Positions 48,519-57,883 of a stretch of 64,000 nt of DNA are shown in pieces. The notes below the pieces were generated by a model that saw nothing but the letters and a program-made list of their open reading frames with translations, did no database searches and was not told where the DNA came from. The stretch's first letter is position 1, and every line of letters starts with the position of its first letter. Origin of the DNA: a virus; IMG/VR virus record IMGVR_UViG_3300029288_006769, positions 314,367-378,366 of that record. One strand, given 5' to 3'. Both the position numbers and the translations under genes were made by a program.

Positions 48519-49518
48519 TATTGTATGACGCCACAACTTCGAAAATAATGTCTTCTGTTGTTCTGTATCTAAGCATTGCAATTTTGACAAGTTTGTTGAT
48601 CATACTTGCTGTGTAGAGTTCTTTCAATTTTGGACTTTCTCTAAGTTTCTCTCTTCCAATTGCAATCCAATGACGAACCATTCTTTCAGTAAAAGCAGGA
48701 TCTTCTTTACCAAGTTCTTTTGCGACCTCATTACTTGTCAGATCATCAGCTCCTGGATCATCCGGATGATAATATTTTAAAAGAACTTTCTTTTCATTGT
48801 CAGGTAATTTCTTGATTTCTTCCATGAAAAGTCTCATAATCTCTTTGTTTCTTAGAACTTCGTCCGGGAGAGGTTCGTTACTCTTGAGTGTGTCCATAAG
48901 AAGAAGTGCGCTCTCACCTTCATCACCAGAAACTTCTTCGTACATACTTTTGATAGTTCCCTGACCAAAAAGTTTTAAAATCTCAAGAGTTTTATCTACA
49001 TCTGTCTTAAGAATTTCAGAAAATTCTTTAAGATCTTTTGATTCATAATCAGCATTTTCATCATCAAGTTGAGATAAATCGATTTTGTTAAAATCTGGCA
49101 TTCTTTTATTTTTTTGAAAAAATGTCCTTAGAGCATTCTTGAATCTGATTTTATATTTTCCTACATCAGGTATAACTTCACCTTTACCTAGCATTTCGGC
49201 AATCGAGTGTCTATTGATTTTCGTTCCAAAAGCTTTTGCAATGTAACCTACAATTTCACCAGCAGATTTGGGAGTAAGTTCCATAAGAACTTCAAGAAAA
49301 CTACTCTCAATGTGATGACGAATTTCTTCCCTTTCTTTTGCATTACTAGCAAGTTCAGAAACTTGTTTCATCTTTTTCCCTATCAATCCGCCAAATGTCT
49401 CGCGTAAATCATCAAAGACTCTTGTTTTATCTTTTCTTGATGTTGCTGAATCTTGCAAGGTTTTAACAGCGTTTACAAGATCATCACCCTCCAATTTTTT
49501 AGATTTAAGCCAAAACAT
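48511..49518 (-). CDS. Sigma70-family (FliA/WhiG-like) RNA polymerase sigma factor
   Basis: LMDTL...LPDEV...IKKLPDNEKKVLLKYY...LTSNEVAKEL...TERMVRHWIAIGREKLR (region 4); AGGAG before MFWLK. Confidence 0.7.
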   Translation of the reverse strand: MFWLKSKKLEGDDLVNAVKTLQDSATSRKDKTRVFDDLRETFGGLIGKKMKQVSELASNAKEREEIRHHIESSFLEVLMELTPKSAGEIVGYIAKAFGTKINRHSIAEMLGKGEVIPDVGKYKIRFKNALRTFFQKNKRMPDFNKIDLSQLDDENADYESKDLKEFSEILKTDVDKTLEILKLFGQGTIKSMYEEVSGDEGESALLLMDTLKSNEPLPDEVLRNKEIMRLFMEEIKKLPDNEKKVLLKYYHPDDPGADDLTSNEVAKELGKEDPAFTERMVRHWIAIGREKLRESPKLKELYTASMINKLVKIAMLRYRTTEDIIFEVVASYNNG

Positions 49519-49519
49519 T

Positions 49520-49777
49520 TCACTCTCCTTTTGTTTGTGACATTGCTTTTCGTTTTTCTTTTCTCTTTTCAAGAATGCTTCTTCTTTTGTCAGCATCCTC
49601 TCCTATAATACAATCTAGTAATCTATGTTCACTTCCCTTTACTACTCCTGAAAATCGGGAAATCAATCTTCTTGTTTCACTTCCACATTCTGGACATTTT
49701 GCATCTGGCGAATCTATATGCAAAAATTCTTCAAATTCATATCCGCAACTAAGACAAGAAAATTCATAAATGGGCAT
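49520..49777 (-). CDS. FmdB-family zinc ribbon protein
   Basis: MPIYEFSCLSCG..FE...CPECGS..RRLIS. Confidence 0.85.
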   Translation of the reverse strand: MPIYEFSCLSCGYEFEEFLHIDSPDAKCPECGSETRRLISRFSGVVKGSEHRLLDCIIGEDADKRRSILEKRKEKRKAMSQTKGE

Positions 49778-49804
49778 ACAGCACCTTTAATTTCATTTAA
49801 TTTT

Positions 49805-49981
49805 TTAAACATATACACGTATTTGATTTCGTTGTTTGTAACGTTTTCTGAGGCACTCAACACAAATAATCTCTCCATACATTACTTCTATTACTTCTCT
49901 TGTTTTCTTATCTACGATTTCAACTTTGATACGTGCATAATTGTCTTTCTCTAGATTGCAATTCGAGCAATGCATTTTCAT
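49805..49981 (-). CDS. Small Zn-finger protein (58 aa)
   Basis: Hand-translated MKMHCSNC...ICVEC; GGAG directly upstream. Confidence 0.5.
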   Translation of the reverse strand: MKMHCSNCNLEKDNYARIKVEIVDKKTREVIEVMYGEIICVECLRKRYKQRNQIRVYV

Positions 49982-49990
49982 CTCCGTTAA

Positions 49991-50269
49991 TTATTTTATA
50001 TCGGCAAGTTTTGTTGCTCCCTCACCTGATCTCTCCCTTTCAATCATTTTTGATTTCATCTTGTCGTTCTTTTTTTTCATTTGGTCTTTAATTCTAAAGC
50101 CCTGACTTGGCCAATCATTTCCTTTGAGAACAAAATTCTTGTTTAAAGAAAAAAGCCTTTCACAATCACCAGAACAAATCTCGCATGACACTTTTGGAGT
50201 AGCTGTAATACCGTGCATTTGTTCTTGAACATTTCCACATTCCTTACACTGATACTCATATGTGGGCAT
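49991..50269 (-). CDS. FmdB-family zinc ribbon protein
   Basis: MPTYEYQCKECG...CEICSG..ERLFS...FVLKG..W. Confidence 0.85.
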   Translation of the reverse strand: MPTYEYQCKECGNVQEQMHGITATPKVSCEICSGDCERLFSLNKNFVLKGNDWPSQGFRIKDQMKKKNDKMKSKMIERERSGEGATKLADIK

Positions 50270-50391
50270 TTTAATCTCCTCTTAAAAATTAATTTTATTT
50301 AATTTGTACTACTAATTATATCTTGAATTTCAATGACAATGATCTTTAAATTGAAAACACAACACAATTCTGTCTATTAAACAATAGTCTT

Positions 50392-50406
50392 ATAAAAACT
50401 ATAGAA
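50392..50406 (-). promoter_or_regulatory. Phage promoter motif copy
   Basis: + strand ataaaaactatagaa heading Zn-ribbon/sigma/TerL operon. Confidence 0.6.
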
Positions 50407-50418
50407 ATGGGAAATGAA

Positions 50419-51102
50419 CTAGTTCAAAAACCAGTTTATTGGTTGAATATTTTTAGATGCCAAAAAATCATTTGTTTTAGAAAAGTGTTTGCATCCAAAA
50501 AATTTGTATGAGGATAAAGGTGACGGATGAGCAGACATTAAAATTTGATGTTTTTTCTGATCTATTAAAAATCTCTTATTTTTAGCAAAAGAACCCCACA
50601 ACAAAAAAACAATATTGCTTTTTAAATCAGATATTTTTTCAATTACACAATCAGTGAAAATCTCCCAACCTATTTTTGAATGCGACAATGGTTTATGGAG
50701 CTCGACTGTAAGAAAAGAATTCAAAAGCAATACGCCTTGACGAGCCCAGGACTCTAAACAACCAGATTTTGGTATTTCAATTTCTAAATCATTTGCAAGT
50801 TCCTTAAAAATATTTATAAGACTTGGTGGCTTATCGATTCCTGCAGGAACAGAAAAAGAGAGGCCCTGAGCTTGTCCAACATTATGATAAGGGTCTTGGC
50901 CTAATAGAACCACTTTGGTGTCATCAAAAGAACACCATTCAAATGCTTTAAAGATATTATGTATTTCTGGTCTTATTTCTTTTTCTTTGTACTCTGCAAA
51001 AATTCGTTTTTTTAATTCAATAAAATAAGACTTATCCTGTTCTTCTTGAAGGATTGTTTTCCAACTTTCAGGTAACTCTAAAATATTTTTTCTATTTATC
51101 AT
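50419..51102 (-). CDS. ung: Uracil-DNA glycosylase family 1
   Basis: GQDPYH, GLSFSV, PPSL.NI, GVLLLN, HPSPLS. Confidence 0.95.
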   Translation of the reverse strand: MINRKNILELPESWKTILQEEQDKSYFIELKKRIFAEYKEKEIRPEIHNIFKAFEWCSFDDTKVVLLGQDPYHNVGQAQGLSFSVPAGIDKPPSLINIFKELANDLEIEIPKSGCLESWARQGVLLLNSFLTVELHKPLSHSKIGWEIFTDCVIEKISDLKSNIVFLLWGSFAKNKRFLIDQKKHQILMSAHPSPLSSYKFFGCKHFSKTNDFLASKNIQPINWFLN

Positions 51103-52024
51103 TACTCAAACACATTTTTAAAAAATCAATGACTTTTAATTTTATTCCAGGAGAAGTTTTTTCACTATTTCCTGCAACATTTAAAACTTTTATTGCATTA
51201 CATTTCAACCAACTTTTGAATTTTATTTGTTGTTCTTTTAAATCTACATTTAAGTCAACATCAAAATAAGGTTTATCGTATTGAACTATTGCTTCAAATG
51301 TACATTTTTCACCTGATGAATTAAAATTTGTTGCAAATCTTACTGTCCCATCAGATTCTTTAACATTTAGATAAGTTCTTGGAGGATAATAACTTGATTC
51401 ATGTTCTTGCATATTGTATAATTCTTTATATTCTGGTTTGTCTCCATCTAATGTTCTAAAACCTGCAGGCATCCATCCACCAGATTTAAACCCTATCAAT
51501 TTTGCTGTAATTATACCAGCTTCATCAGCCCCTGTTTGACCACCTGAAATAATTTTTTCAACTTGAATATTATACCAATCAACTGTCGTAGGAATACTTT
51601 GTGTTTCTCTTGAAAAATCGAGCTTTGTGATCAAATCCGGTCTATGTAATCTGATCATCTTTCCAATCAAAGTAGTATGACAAAAAAACATTCCTGTATT
51701 TTTTATTTGCTCTTTTGAAGAAGAACTACTCGGGCACCAACAACATAAAATATATTGTTGTTTTTTGTCAAGACTTTCAAGCCAGTTTTCTATTTGTTCC
51801 CATCTATCTACATAACCTCCTCGTAACTCATTTATATAGCTATCAATAGAATTGCCACAATTTCTAAGTCTTAATCGAAAACCATTGACATCTTTTGGGA
51901 ACAAAAATTCTAAGTCATGATACTTACACCACTCAGGTTTCCAACAAGCAACACTGTATTTGTTTTCTAATTCATGTTTCTTTGCTTCAAAAAATGAAGT
52001 TAATAATACATTGAATTCAAGCAT
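51092..52024 (-). CDS. Unknown N-terminal domain fused to SLOG-superfamily (putative molybdenum carrier/YpsA-like) domain
   Basis: IISGGQTGAD..G, RT..NVKESDGT, LNVAGN. Confidence 0.75.
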   Translation of the reverse strand: MLEFNVLLTSFFEAKKHELENKYSVACWKPEWCKYHDLEFLFPKDVNGFRLRLRNCGNSIDSYINELRGGYVDRWEQIENWLESLDKKQQYILCCWCPSSSSSKEQIKNTGMFFCHTTLIGKMIRLHRPDLITKLDFSRETQSIPTTVDWYNIQVEKIISGGQTGADEAGIITAKLIGFKSGGWMPAGFRTLDGDKPEYKELYNMQEHESSYYPPRTYLNVKESDGTVRFATNFNSSGEKCTFEAIVQYDKPYFDVDLNVDLKEQQIKFKSWLKCNAIKVLNVAGNSEKTSPGIKLKVIDFLKMCLSNDK

Positions 52025-52045
52025 ATCTATTTATATACCAAAAAC

Positions 52046-52080
52046 AAAAAGAGCCGACACCTTTGAACCTGCCGGCTCTT
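52046..52080 (-). terminator. Intrinsic terminator
   Basis: aagagccg/cggctctt stem with minus-strand U-tract. Confidence 0.7.
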
Positions 52081-52092
52081 ATTAATAAAAAA

Positions 52093-53805
52093 TTAATTTT
52101 TATGTTTATGAATCTGAACTACGCGCTCTTGCTGTAAAGCTTTTTCTTTTGAAGGATGCCTTCCTAAAAGTCTATCTTGATCCTTTGTGTATAAACACCA
52201 TCGTTGTTCTGATTTGGGTCTATTATCTTGATCTTTTTTAGGGCATTTTTTGATTATTGCTATCTTGATAAGTTCATGTTTACTAAGAATCTTTTTCTCT
52301 TCATTTGTCAAAAGGTTACTCAAGTATTTTATTGGATCTTTAAAACCATAACGCTCAATATATTTGAAAATAATATTGAAAGCTTCCCAATTTTTACTAA
52401 ATTTGCAACCTAATAATTCAAATTCATTTGTTTTGAATCTAATTAAACGAAATTCTTTAATTTCTTCTTTCAAAGTTTTCAAATCTTGAAAATCTCGTGT
52501 TAATTTTGCTTTTATATCAGTCGTGTCCTTATTTGCTTTTTCTTGATAGACTAAGTCATTCACATGAACTTTTGTTCTAAAAATAAAGGGTAGAACAAAT
52601 CTAACAATAGACAAAGCTTGCTGTCGTTCTTTTGCAAATTCTTCATCAGGTACAAAAGTAGTATCGACAAATTTTGGAGAACTCAACCACGAATCCTTAA
52701 GAATATCATAAACAGAATCAGATTCTAAACGTCTATTTTTCCCTATAACAAAGAATTTCACGGGATGGTCACCAACCAACTTCTTGTCATTTAACCTATA
52801 GACATATTGGCGGATAAATTGCCTTATCTCGAGATCATTCGAGCAATGTCTAACCGATTGTAGATTGTCTTGTCTAAACTTGTCAAAATCTATAGAAACA
52901 TTTATATCGACATCAGTTTCCGGAACATATTGATTAGTAACCATTGATCCTGTCATTGAAATATCAGTTACCCAATTTTTATAATTGTTAAATTTAGAAA
53001 GAACACTAGAGAGCCTATCAAGAATTATCTTTCTAATTTCAGATTTTAATCTTATTGGTTCGACTTTCAAATCCCAAATCATAGGACAAAAAGTTTCTTG
53101 AGGATAATCAATTATCGAAGCATGCTTGGGCAAACGTCTTTCAAAAAAAATTTCAAGTTCTTTGGGTAAGAGTTTTTTCTTTTTTAAAACTTCTGCATTC
53201 TGCTCCAACATATCTTTCCCGCCTGGGACATAATCTCTTCTTTCGATTAAAGGTTGCATTATCTGAGCAATAATTCTCTCAGTATTTGCTTTTTTGTATT
53301 CTGATGTATCTTTAACTTTTATCCAAAGAAATTTTTTAGCACTTGTTTTTATAAGAGCATAATAACCATCAACTTTTTTACCATTAAATTTTACCACGTA
53401 TTTCTTATCATAATCGACATCTACAAGTTCAAAAGTTCCTTTGTCATAAATATCGACTGTTCCTGCACCATAATGCCCTTCTGGTATAGTGCCCTCAAAA
53501 TCACGATAAGCTATATCATGATCTTCAGTTTCTGATGCAAGCAAAGGTTTATCGCTTGGGAGTTTATGCTTTGGAATTGCCCAACTTCTAAGCACTGTAC
53601 CTGATTTGTCTGGGAATTTTGTTTCTGGTTCCGTTGTGCTATCATTATCCCAAACACGCTTTTTGTAATATGAAGTAAGGGCATCTTTCAATGAATCAAC
53701 AGGGAATTCAAGTCGTAGATCCCAGTGTTCATTAGTAGCGACATGATGTTGTATTACGAATTTTCCTTTATATCCAATTTGAAGTTTTTCTTTATCGTAA
53801 CTCAT
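52093..53805 (-). CDS. LigD 3'-phosphoesterase domain fused to pol-beta nucleotidyltransferase and a small C-terminal domain
   Basis: FVIQHH...HWDLRLE, SWAIPK, TEDH..Y..FEGTIP..YGAG.V; TGSM..NQY..ETDVDIN. Confidence 0.85.
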   Translation of the reverse strand: MSYDKEKLQIGYKGKFVIQHHVATNEHWDLRLEFPVDSLKDALTSYYKKRVWDNDSTTEPETKFPDKSGTVLRSWAIPKHKLPSDKPLLASETEDHDIAYRDFEGTIPEGHYGAGTVDIYDKGTFELVDVDYDKKYVVKFNGKKVDGYYALIKTSAKKFLWIKVKDTSEYKKANTERIIAQIMQPLIERRDYVPGGKDMLEQNAEVLKKKKLLPKELEIFFERRLPKHASIIDYPQETFCPMIWDLKVEPIRLKSEIRKIILDRLSSVLSKFNNYKNWVTDISMTGSMVTNQYVPETDVDINVSIDFDKFRQDNLQSVRHCSNDLEIRQFIRQYVYRLNDKKLVGDHPVKFFVIGKNRRLESDSVYDILKDSWLSSPKFVDTTFVPDEEFAKERQQALSIVRFVLPFIFRTKVHVNDLVYQEKANKDTTDIKAKLTRDFQDLKTLKEEIKEFRLIRFKTNEFELLGCKFSKNWEAFNIIFKYIERYGFKDPIKYLSNLLTNEEKKILSKHELIKIAIIKKCPKKDQDNRPKSEQRWCLYTKDQDRLLGRHPSKEKALQQERVVQIHKHKN

Positions 53806-54083
53806 AAAACTTCAAACCTCATATTTCTTAATCTTGACAATCTTCTTTTCAATTCATTTTTAAGAGTTCTTTCATTAGTTACTTCCATATTCATAAGAAT
53901 ATCAAGAACTATTGATATGTTAGGCCTTCCCACAAAATTAGAAAAACCTGGAGCAGCCCGAATTGTTTTTTGAAAAAGAAGTGAACTTGGCCTGTCTAAA
54001 ACAACATTAATTCGTATTTTTCTTGTTCTGTCAGCAGCTTCTTTTAAAATTTCATTTGCTATTTTCTGGACTTGTTTCTTCAT
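53802..54083 (-). CDS. Hypothetical protein with KIANEILKEA motif
   Basis: Coupled ORF. Confidence 0.6.
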   Translation of the reverse strand: MKKQVQKIANEILKEAADRTRKIRINVVLDRPSSLLFQKTIRAAPGFSNFVGRPNISIVLDILMNMEVTNERTLKNELKRRLSRLRNMRFEVL

Positions 54084-54315
54084 TAGTTTCTTCTTTAATA
54101 GATTTTCTTGATTTTGATTTTACAGCAGCATGGCCTAAGCCCAAAGCTGACAATAAGAAACCAAATATAGTCACACTCTTTGAAAAAACTAGAGGAAAAC
54201 CATCAGGGCAACCATTGGGCCATATCACAGCTATACTCGGAATTAAAACAGACCAATAGATCAATGCAATTGTTCTTTTTCTTCCATTAATGAGCCGCCA
54301 TAATTTAACTAGCAT
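54052..54315 (-). CDS. Holin-like two-TM protein
   Basis: NGRKRTIALI..., two TM segments, GLGH, charged tail, near endolysin. Confidence 0.55.
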   Translation of the reverse strand: MLVKLWRLINGRKRTIALIYWSVLIPSIAVIWPNGCPDGFPLVFSKSVTIFGFLLSALGLGHAAVKSKSRKSIKEETNEETSPENSK

Positions 54316-55166
54316 AATGCACCTCCAGTTTTATTGATTTCATAGAGTATGCGTAGATAAGAGGATTCTTTCTTTTTATTATCCCATTTGAATTTCTTTC
54401 CAATAACTTTTTGATAAATTTTATCAAACTTTGCATCTTCTTTTTTAAAACTTTTTAGAGAAGAAACTGGTACACAACATAATCCAGTTTCTATTCTCAT
54501 GCTATATGGTGCAATATGACCACCATCAGATTTCATCGGTGAAAGATCTATATTAATTTTTGAACCAGAAGGCTTATTTGTTGCAATTACAATCTTGTCA
54601 TCGTCTTTAAAATATTCTTCCAGACGTTTTTCAACATCTTTTCTGATAGCACTTATATCACGTTTTGATTTTAATTTTCCTTTTACATGAAAACCTCGTT
54701 TTCCTGTAAAATTTATCTCTGGATTTGATTTGAAATCTTTTTGTTCTTTTATAAAATCAACACATTGCGAAACAATATCTTTCAAAGATTCAAATGTTGC
54801 ACTGGACCCTGGATCAATATCGAAAATAGCTTCATCCGTTGTAGTTGGAGATGTAATATGGTATTCACCTGTCTTCCCTGTGTGATATTGTTCAAAATCA
54901 TCAACTGAATTGATCCTAATATATTGAGTTTTTTTATCATAAGGACGTCTTATGTAAAGTCTTGAACCCGGACGAATTGCCATGACAACAAATAAATCAT
55001 GTCCTTTTAATTCTGGTACAAGTTTATTTTTTACACCATCATAATAATTCCAGACATCAATTTCTTTCACACCGTTAGAAAAATATTCATTCTTTTTGAC
55101 TACAAGTTGGTCAGGATGTTCTGGATAATCTGCTGTTTTATTCAGTAGTTTTTCCATCAAATTCAT
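54309..55166 (-). CDS. LigD-type AEP primase-polymerase
   Basis: FDIDP, TGKRGFHV, INID, IAPYSMR...VPV. Confidence 0.85.
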   Translation of the reverse strand: MNLMEKLLNKTADYPEHPDQLVVKKNEYFSNGVKEIDVWNYYDGVKNKLVPELKGHDLFVVMAIRPGSRLYIRRPYDKKTQYIRINSVDDFEQYHTGKTGEYHITSPTTTDEAIFDIDPGSSATFESLKDIVSQCVDFIKEQKDFKSNPEINFTGKRGFHVKGKLKSKRDISAIRKDVEKRLEEYFKDDDKIVIATNKPSGSKINIDLSPMKSDGGHIAPYSMRIETGLCCVPVSSLKSFKKEDAKFDKIYQKVIGKKFKWDNKKKESSYLRILYEINKTGGALC

Positions 55167-55581
55167 CCGTTTTATCGTTCAATGCATCAGCTTTTGTCTT
55201 ATGAATTATTTTATCTTTGTGTTGCGGTGGTGCATAAAGTGTGTAAAGTTTAAGATCTTCTTTTCCTGTGTTAATTATATTGTGTTCTGTACCTGCAGGA
55301 ATCAATATAGAAAAACCATCTTTAATTTGATGGGTCTCTCCACTAATAACAACTTCACCAGAGCCAGCATCTAATCTAAAAAACTGATCGACATCTTTAT
55401 GTGTTTCTTTTCCAATATCTTCTTTAGGTTTTAATGTCATCAAAACTAATTGTAAGTTTTCTGCTGTATAAATAACTTTCCTGAAATTTTTGTTTCTTAT
55501 TGTTTCTTCTTCTATATTGATGACAAAACCTTTTTTCTTGTTTTTCTTCAAAATCTCATCGGCTATTTTTGAAACATTCAT
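55138..55581 (-). CDS. Cupin domain protein with KIADEILK motif
   Basis: N.NFRKV..T...QLVLM..IG.E.H..DQFF...IPAGTEHN. Confidence 0.85.
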   Translation of the reverse strand: MNVSKIADEILKKNKKKGFVINIEEETIRNKNFRKVIYTAENLQLVLMTLKPKEDIGKETHKDVDQFFRLDAGSGEVVISGETHQIKDGFSILIPAGTEHNIINTGKEDLKLYTLYAPPQHKDKIIHKTKADALNDKTDEFDGKTTE

Positions 55582-55589
55582 AATTTCAC

Positions 55590-56069
55590 CTATGCTAGAA
55601 ATTCAAAATGTGGATAATCAGGGTTTTTAAATCTTCCTCCCCATTTCAATCCTACACTTTCTCCAAGTAATCCAGCTTCTAAATAATCAGGCTGTTCATT
55701 TTGATTGACATTAACTTTTACATCCCAAATAACTTTTCCATTTTTTGTAATAGCAATATCAAAAGCTCGTGATTTATCGTTTTCTTTATAACCATCATCA
55801 AGATCTACGAGATGTCGGGATGCAAGTGTCCATGTTACTTTATTCTTATTTTCTTTTTCTGTAATTGAAGGTAAATTAGCCATTCTTCTAAGGATATTGA
55901 CTTCTCTTACAGGTTGTCTGCCTTGAGCATATAGTGCCTGTTGTTCTTTTACTGTTCTAGCTGTACATGTCACTATAAAAGCGATTTTTGCAGCATCCAT
56001 TTTTTCTTTGAATTTAGCATATATTAGCTGCATTTGTGGTGTTAAATCTTCAATTTTTCTTGAAGCCAT
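55590..56069 (-). CDS. Endolysin, M15-family peptidase
   Basis: RT..EQ.ALYAQGR, SRH...AFD, WGGRF..PDYPHFE. Confidence 0.85.
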   Translation of the reverse strand: MASRKIEDLTPQMQLIYAKFKEKMDAAKIAFIVTCTARTVKEQQALYAQGRQPVREVNILRRMANLPSITEKENKNKVTWTLASRHLVDLDDGYKENDKSRAFDIAITKNGKVIWDVKVNVNQNEQPDYLEAGLLGESVGLKWGGRFKNPDYPHFEFLA

Positions 56070-56072
56070 AAT

Positions 56073-57533
56073 CTATTCTTCCTGATAAGATTCTGGCCAT
56101 ACACCTTCATTTTGTTTAAATTTCTTCTTTATTTTTTCGCCATTAGCTTTAGGGTTAAGTTCTTCTAGAGCAATCATAGCATCTTCCCAATATATTCCCT
56201 CATGATCAATTAATGTTTTAAGTTCTTCAGCAAGTTTATCATAATCAGTAGAGTTCCTTACGATGATAAATTCTTTAATGTTTTCACGATTCTTAGGGTG
56301 TTTCATAGGTTTTCTGCCAAAAGCAGCAAGAATTTCACCAGCAATTTTGTCAATATTGTTATTCAGAACTGAAGCGGTTTTGATTTGCGCTTTTTTAGTG
56401 AAATGCTTGTGTATTGCAGCTTTAATTTCTACCATTGTTTGTCCAGGAAAGAAGTTCTCACGTATAATTTCGCAAGCTTCTCTAAGACAAGAAATTATTT
56501 CTTTGTCTTCATTGGTTGCAAGAATTTTTGCAGTATTTACAGTTTCAACAACATGAGACCCTGTAAAATCTTTTGAAAGCGTGATAATTTCATCATCGAC
56601 AGCTTTTCCAAGATGTTTGAAATACATCATTTTAAGATTCTCAGGTCCAGGTAAACCAATCTCTATTCTTCTATCAAAACGACAAGGGCGAGAAGAAAGA
56701 GCTGTGTCCAGCATTTCAATTTTATTTGTAGATGCTATAACAACAAGTGGTTCACCAAATTTTCTCATACCATCAAGATTTGTAAGCAGATCGCCAAGTT
56801 GATTTGAAGCTGTAAAGTTATCTCTATTTCCACTCATAAAATCTATATCTTCGAATGCAAGAACTGTTGGGCCAAGATATGCCAAGAACTCAAACAGCTT
56901 ACTAACAGCCATATATCTAAAAGATTCAGCTGTCACATAAATTCTACTTACATTTTTCTTGTCAAGATCATTAAAAACAGCTTTTACAACAGAAGTCTTC
57001 CCAGTCCCTGGAGGCCCATACATAACAAGACCCCGTTTGTTCACTCCTGCTGTTGCAAATTTTTGATTTCCAAGAAATTCTGATGTGTTAAGCCGTATAT
57101 CTTTCTTAGCTTTTTCGGTAAGGATAACATCATCCCAAGAAACTTTCGGAACATCCCTGAAAAACATTGTTTCTTTTTCAGCATATAGGCATTTTCCACG
57201 ATATTGATTTTTCTTAATCATATCGTTTTCAAATCTGTCAATCCATTGTTTTGCTTCTTCTCTTGTTTGAGCATAACAGTTCACATGAAAACTACCATAC
57301 TGCATATATGCTGTAATTATTTTGTTATCATAAACTGCAGATAAATTTTCAATTGCAGGCATTGTGTTATAGACATCGATTTGTAAATCATCTAAAACTG
57401 GTTTTTTCCCAAAATCATTTGCTGTTGCAATTTTTGGTGTTTGTTCCTTCAACAGATTTGTGATTGTATATTTTGCAATTGGGACAAGTAAACCATCATA
57501 AGAACGAGAAACTGGAGTGAGACCGAGTATCAT
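56073..57533 (-). CDS. AAA+ ATPase with C-terminal KIAGEIL motif
   Basis: GPPGTGKT, FEDID, STN...LD.AL..RP.RFD. Confidence 0.85.
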   Translation of the reverse strand: MILGLTPVSRSYDGLLVPIAKYTITNLLKEQTPKIATANDFGKKPVLDDLQIDVYNTMPAIENLSAVYDNKIITAYMQYGSFHVNCYAQTREEAKQWIDRFENDMIKKNQYRGKCLYAEKETMFFRDVPKVSWDDVILTEKAKKDIRLNTSEFLGNQKFATAGVNKRGLVMYGPPGTGKTSVVKAVFNDLDKKNVSRIYVTAESFRYMAVSKLFEFLAYLGPTVLAFEDIDFMSGNRDNFTASNQLGDLLTNLDGMRKFGEPLVVIASTNKIEMLDTALSSRPCRFDRRIEIGLPGPENLKMMYFKHLGKAVDDEIITLSKDFTGSHVVETVNTAKILATNEDKEIISCLREACEIIRENFFPGQTMVEIKAAIHKHFTKKAQIKTASVLNNNIDKIAGEILAAFGRKPMKHPKNRENIKEFIIVRNSTDYDKLAEELKTLIDHEGIYWEDAMIALEELNPKANGEKIKKKFKQNEGVWPESYQEE

Positions 57534-57547
57534 ATTTAATCTCCTTT

Positions 57548-57883
57548 TTAATTACTCTCTTTTAGATGTTTTTTATTAACAATGTGGTATTGTTCTAATG
57601 GGAAAGCTTTAAGTCTTTTCAAAACATCAAGTACTTTTTGTTTGCTTTTTACATCAGAATTTATCTCTACTTCTACAAGATTTTTGCCAGTAAAATCTGG
57701 GAACTCTTCGTCATCTATATCAAAAACTTTAAGCTCTACTGTTAATCTGCTTAAATGCCTTTTCAATTCTTCAATTTTTGTTTCATCAAGACCCCATGAC
57801 CCAAGATCCTTTGGATATTTTGCCGATGTTTCTAAATTGAAAGCAAGTTTTTTAACTATAGAATTCAATTCTTTCAAAATCAT
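57548..57883 (-). CDS. Hypothetical protein
   Basis: GGAGG RBS; ELNSIVKKLA start. Confidence 0.6.
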   Translation of the reverse strand: MILKELNSIVKKLAFNLETSAKYPKDLGSWGLDETKIEELKRHLSRLTVELKVFDIDDEEFPDFTGKNLVEVEINSDVKSKQKVLDVLKRLKAFPLEQYHIVNKKHLKESN

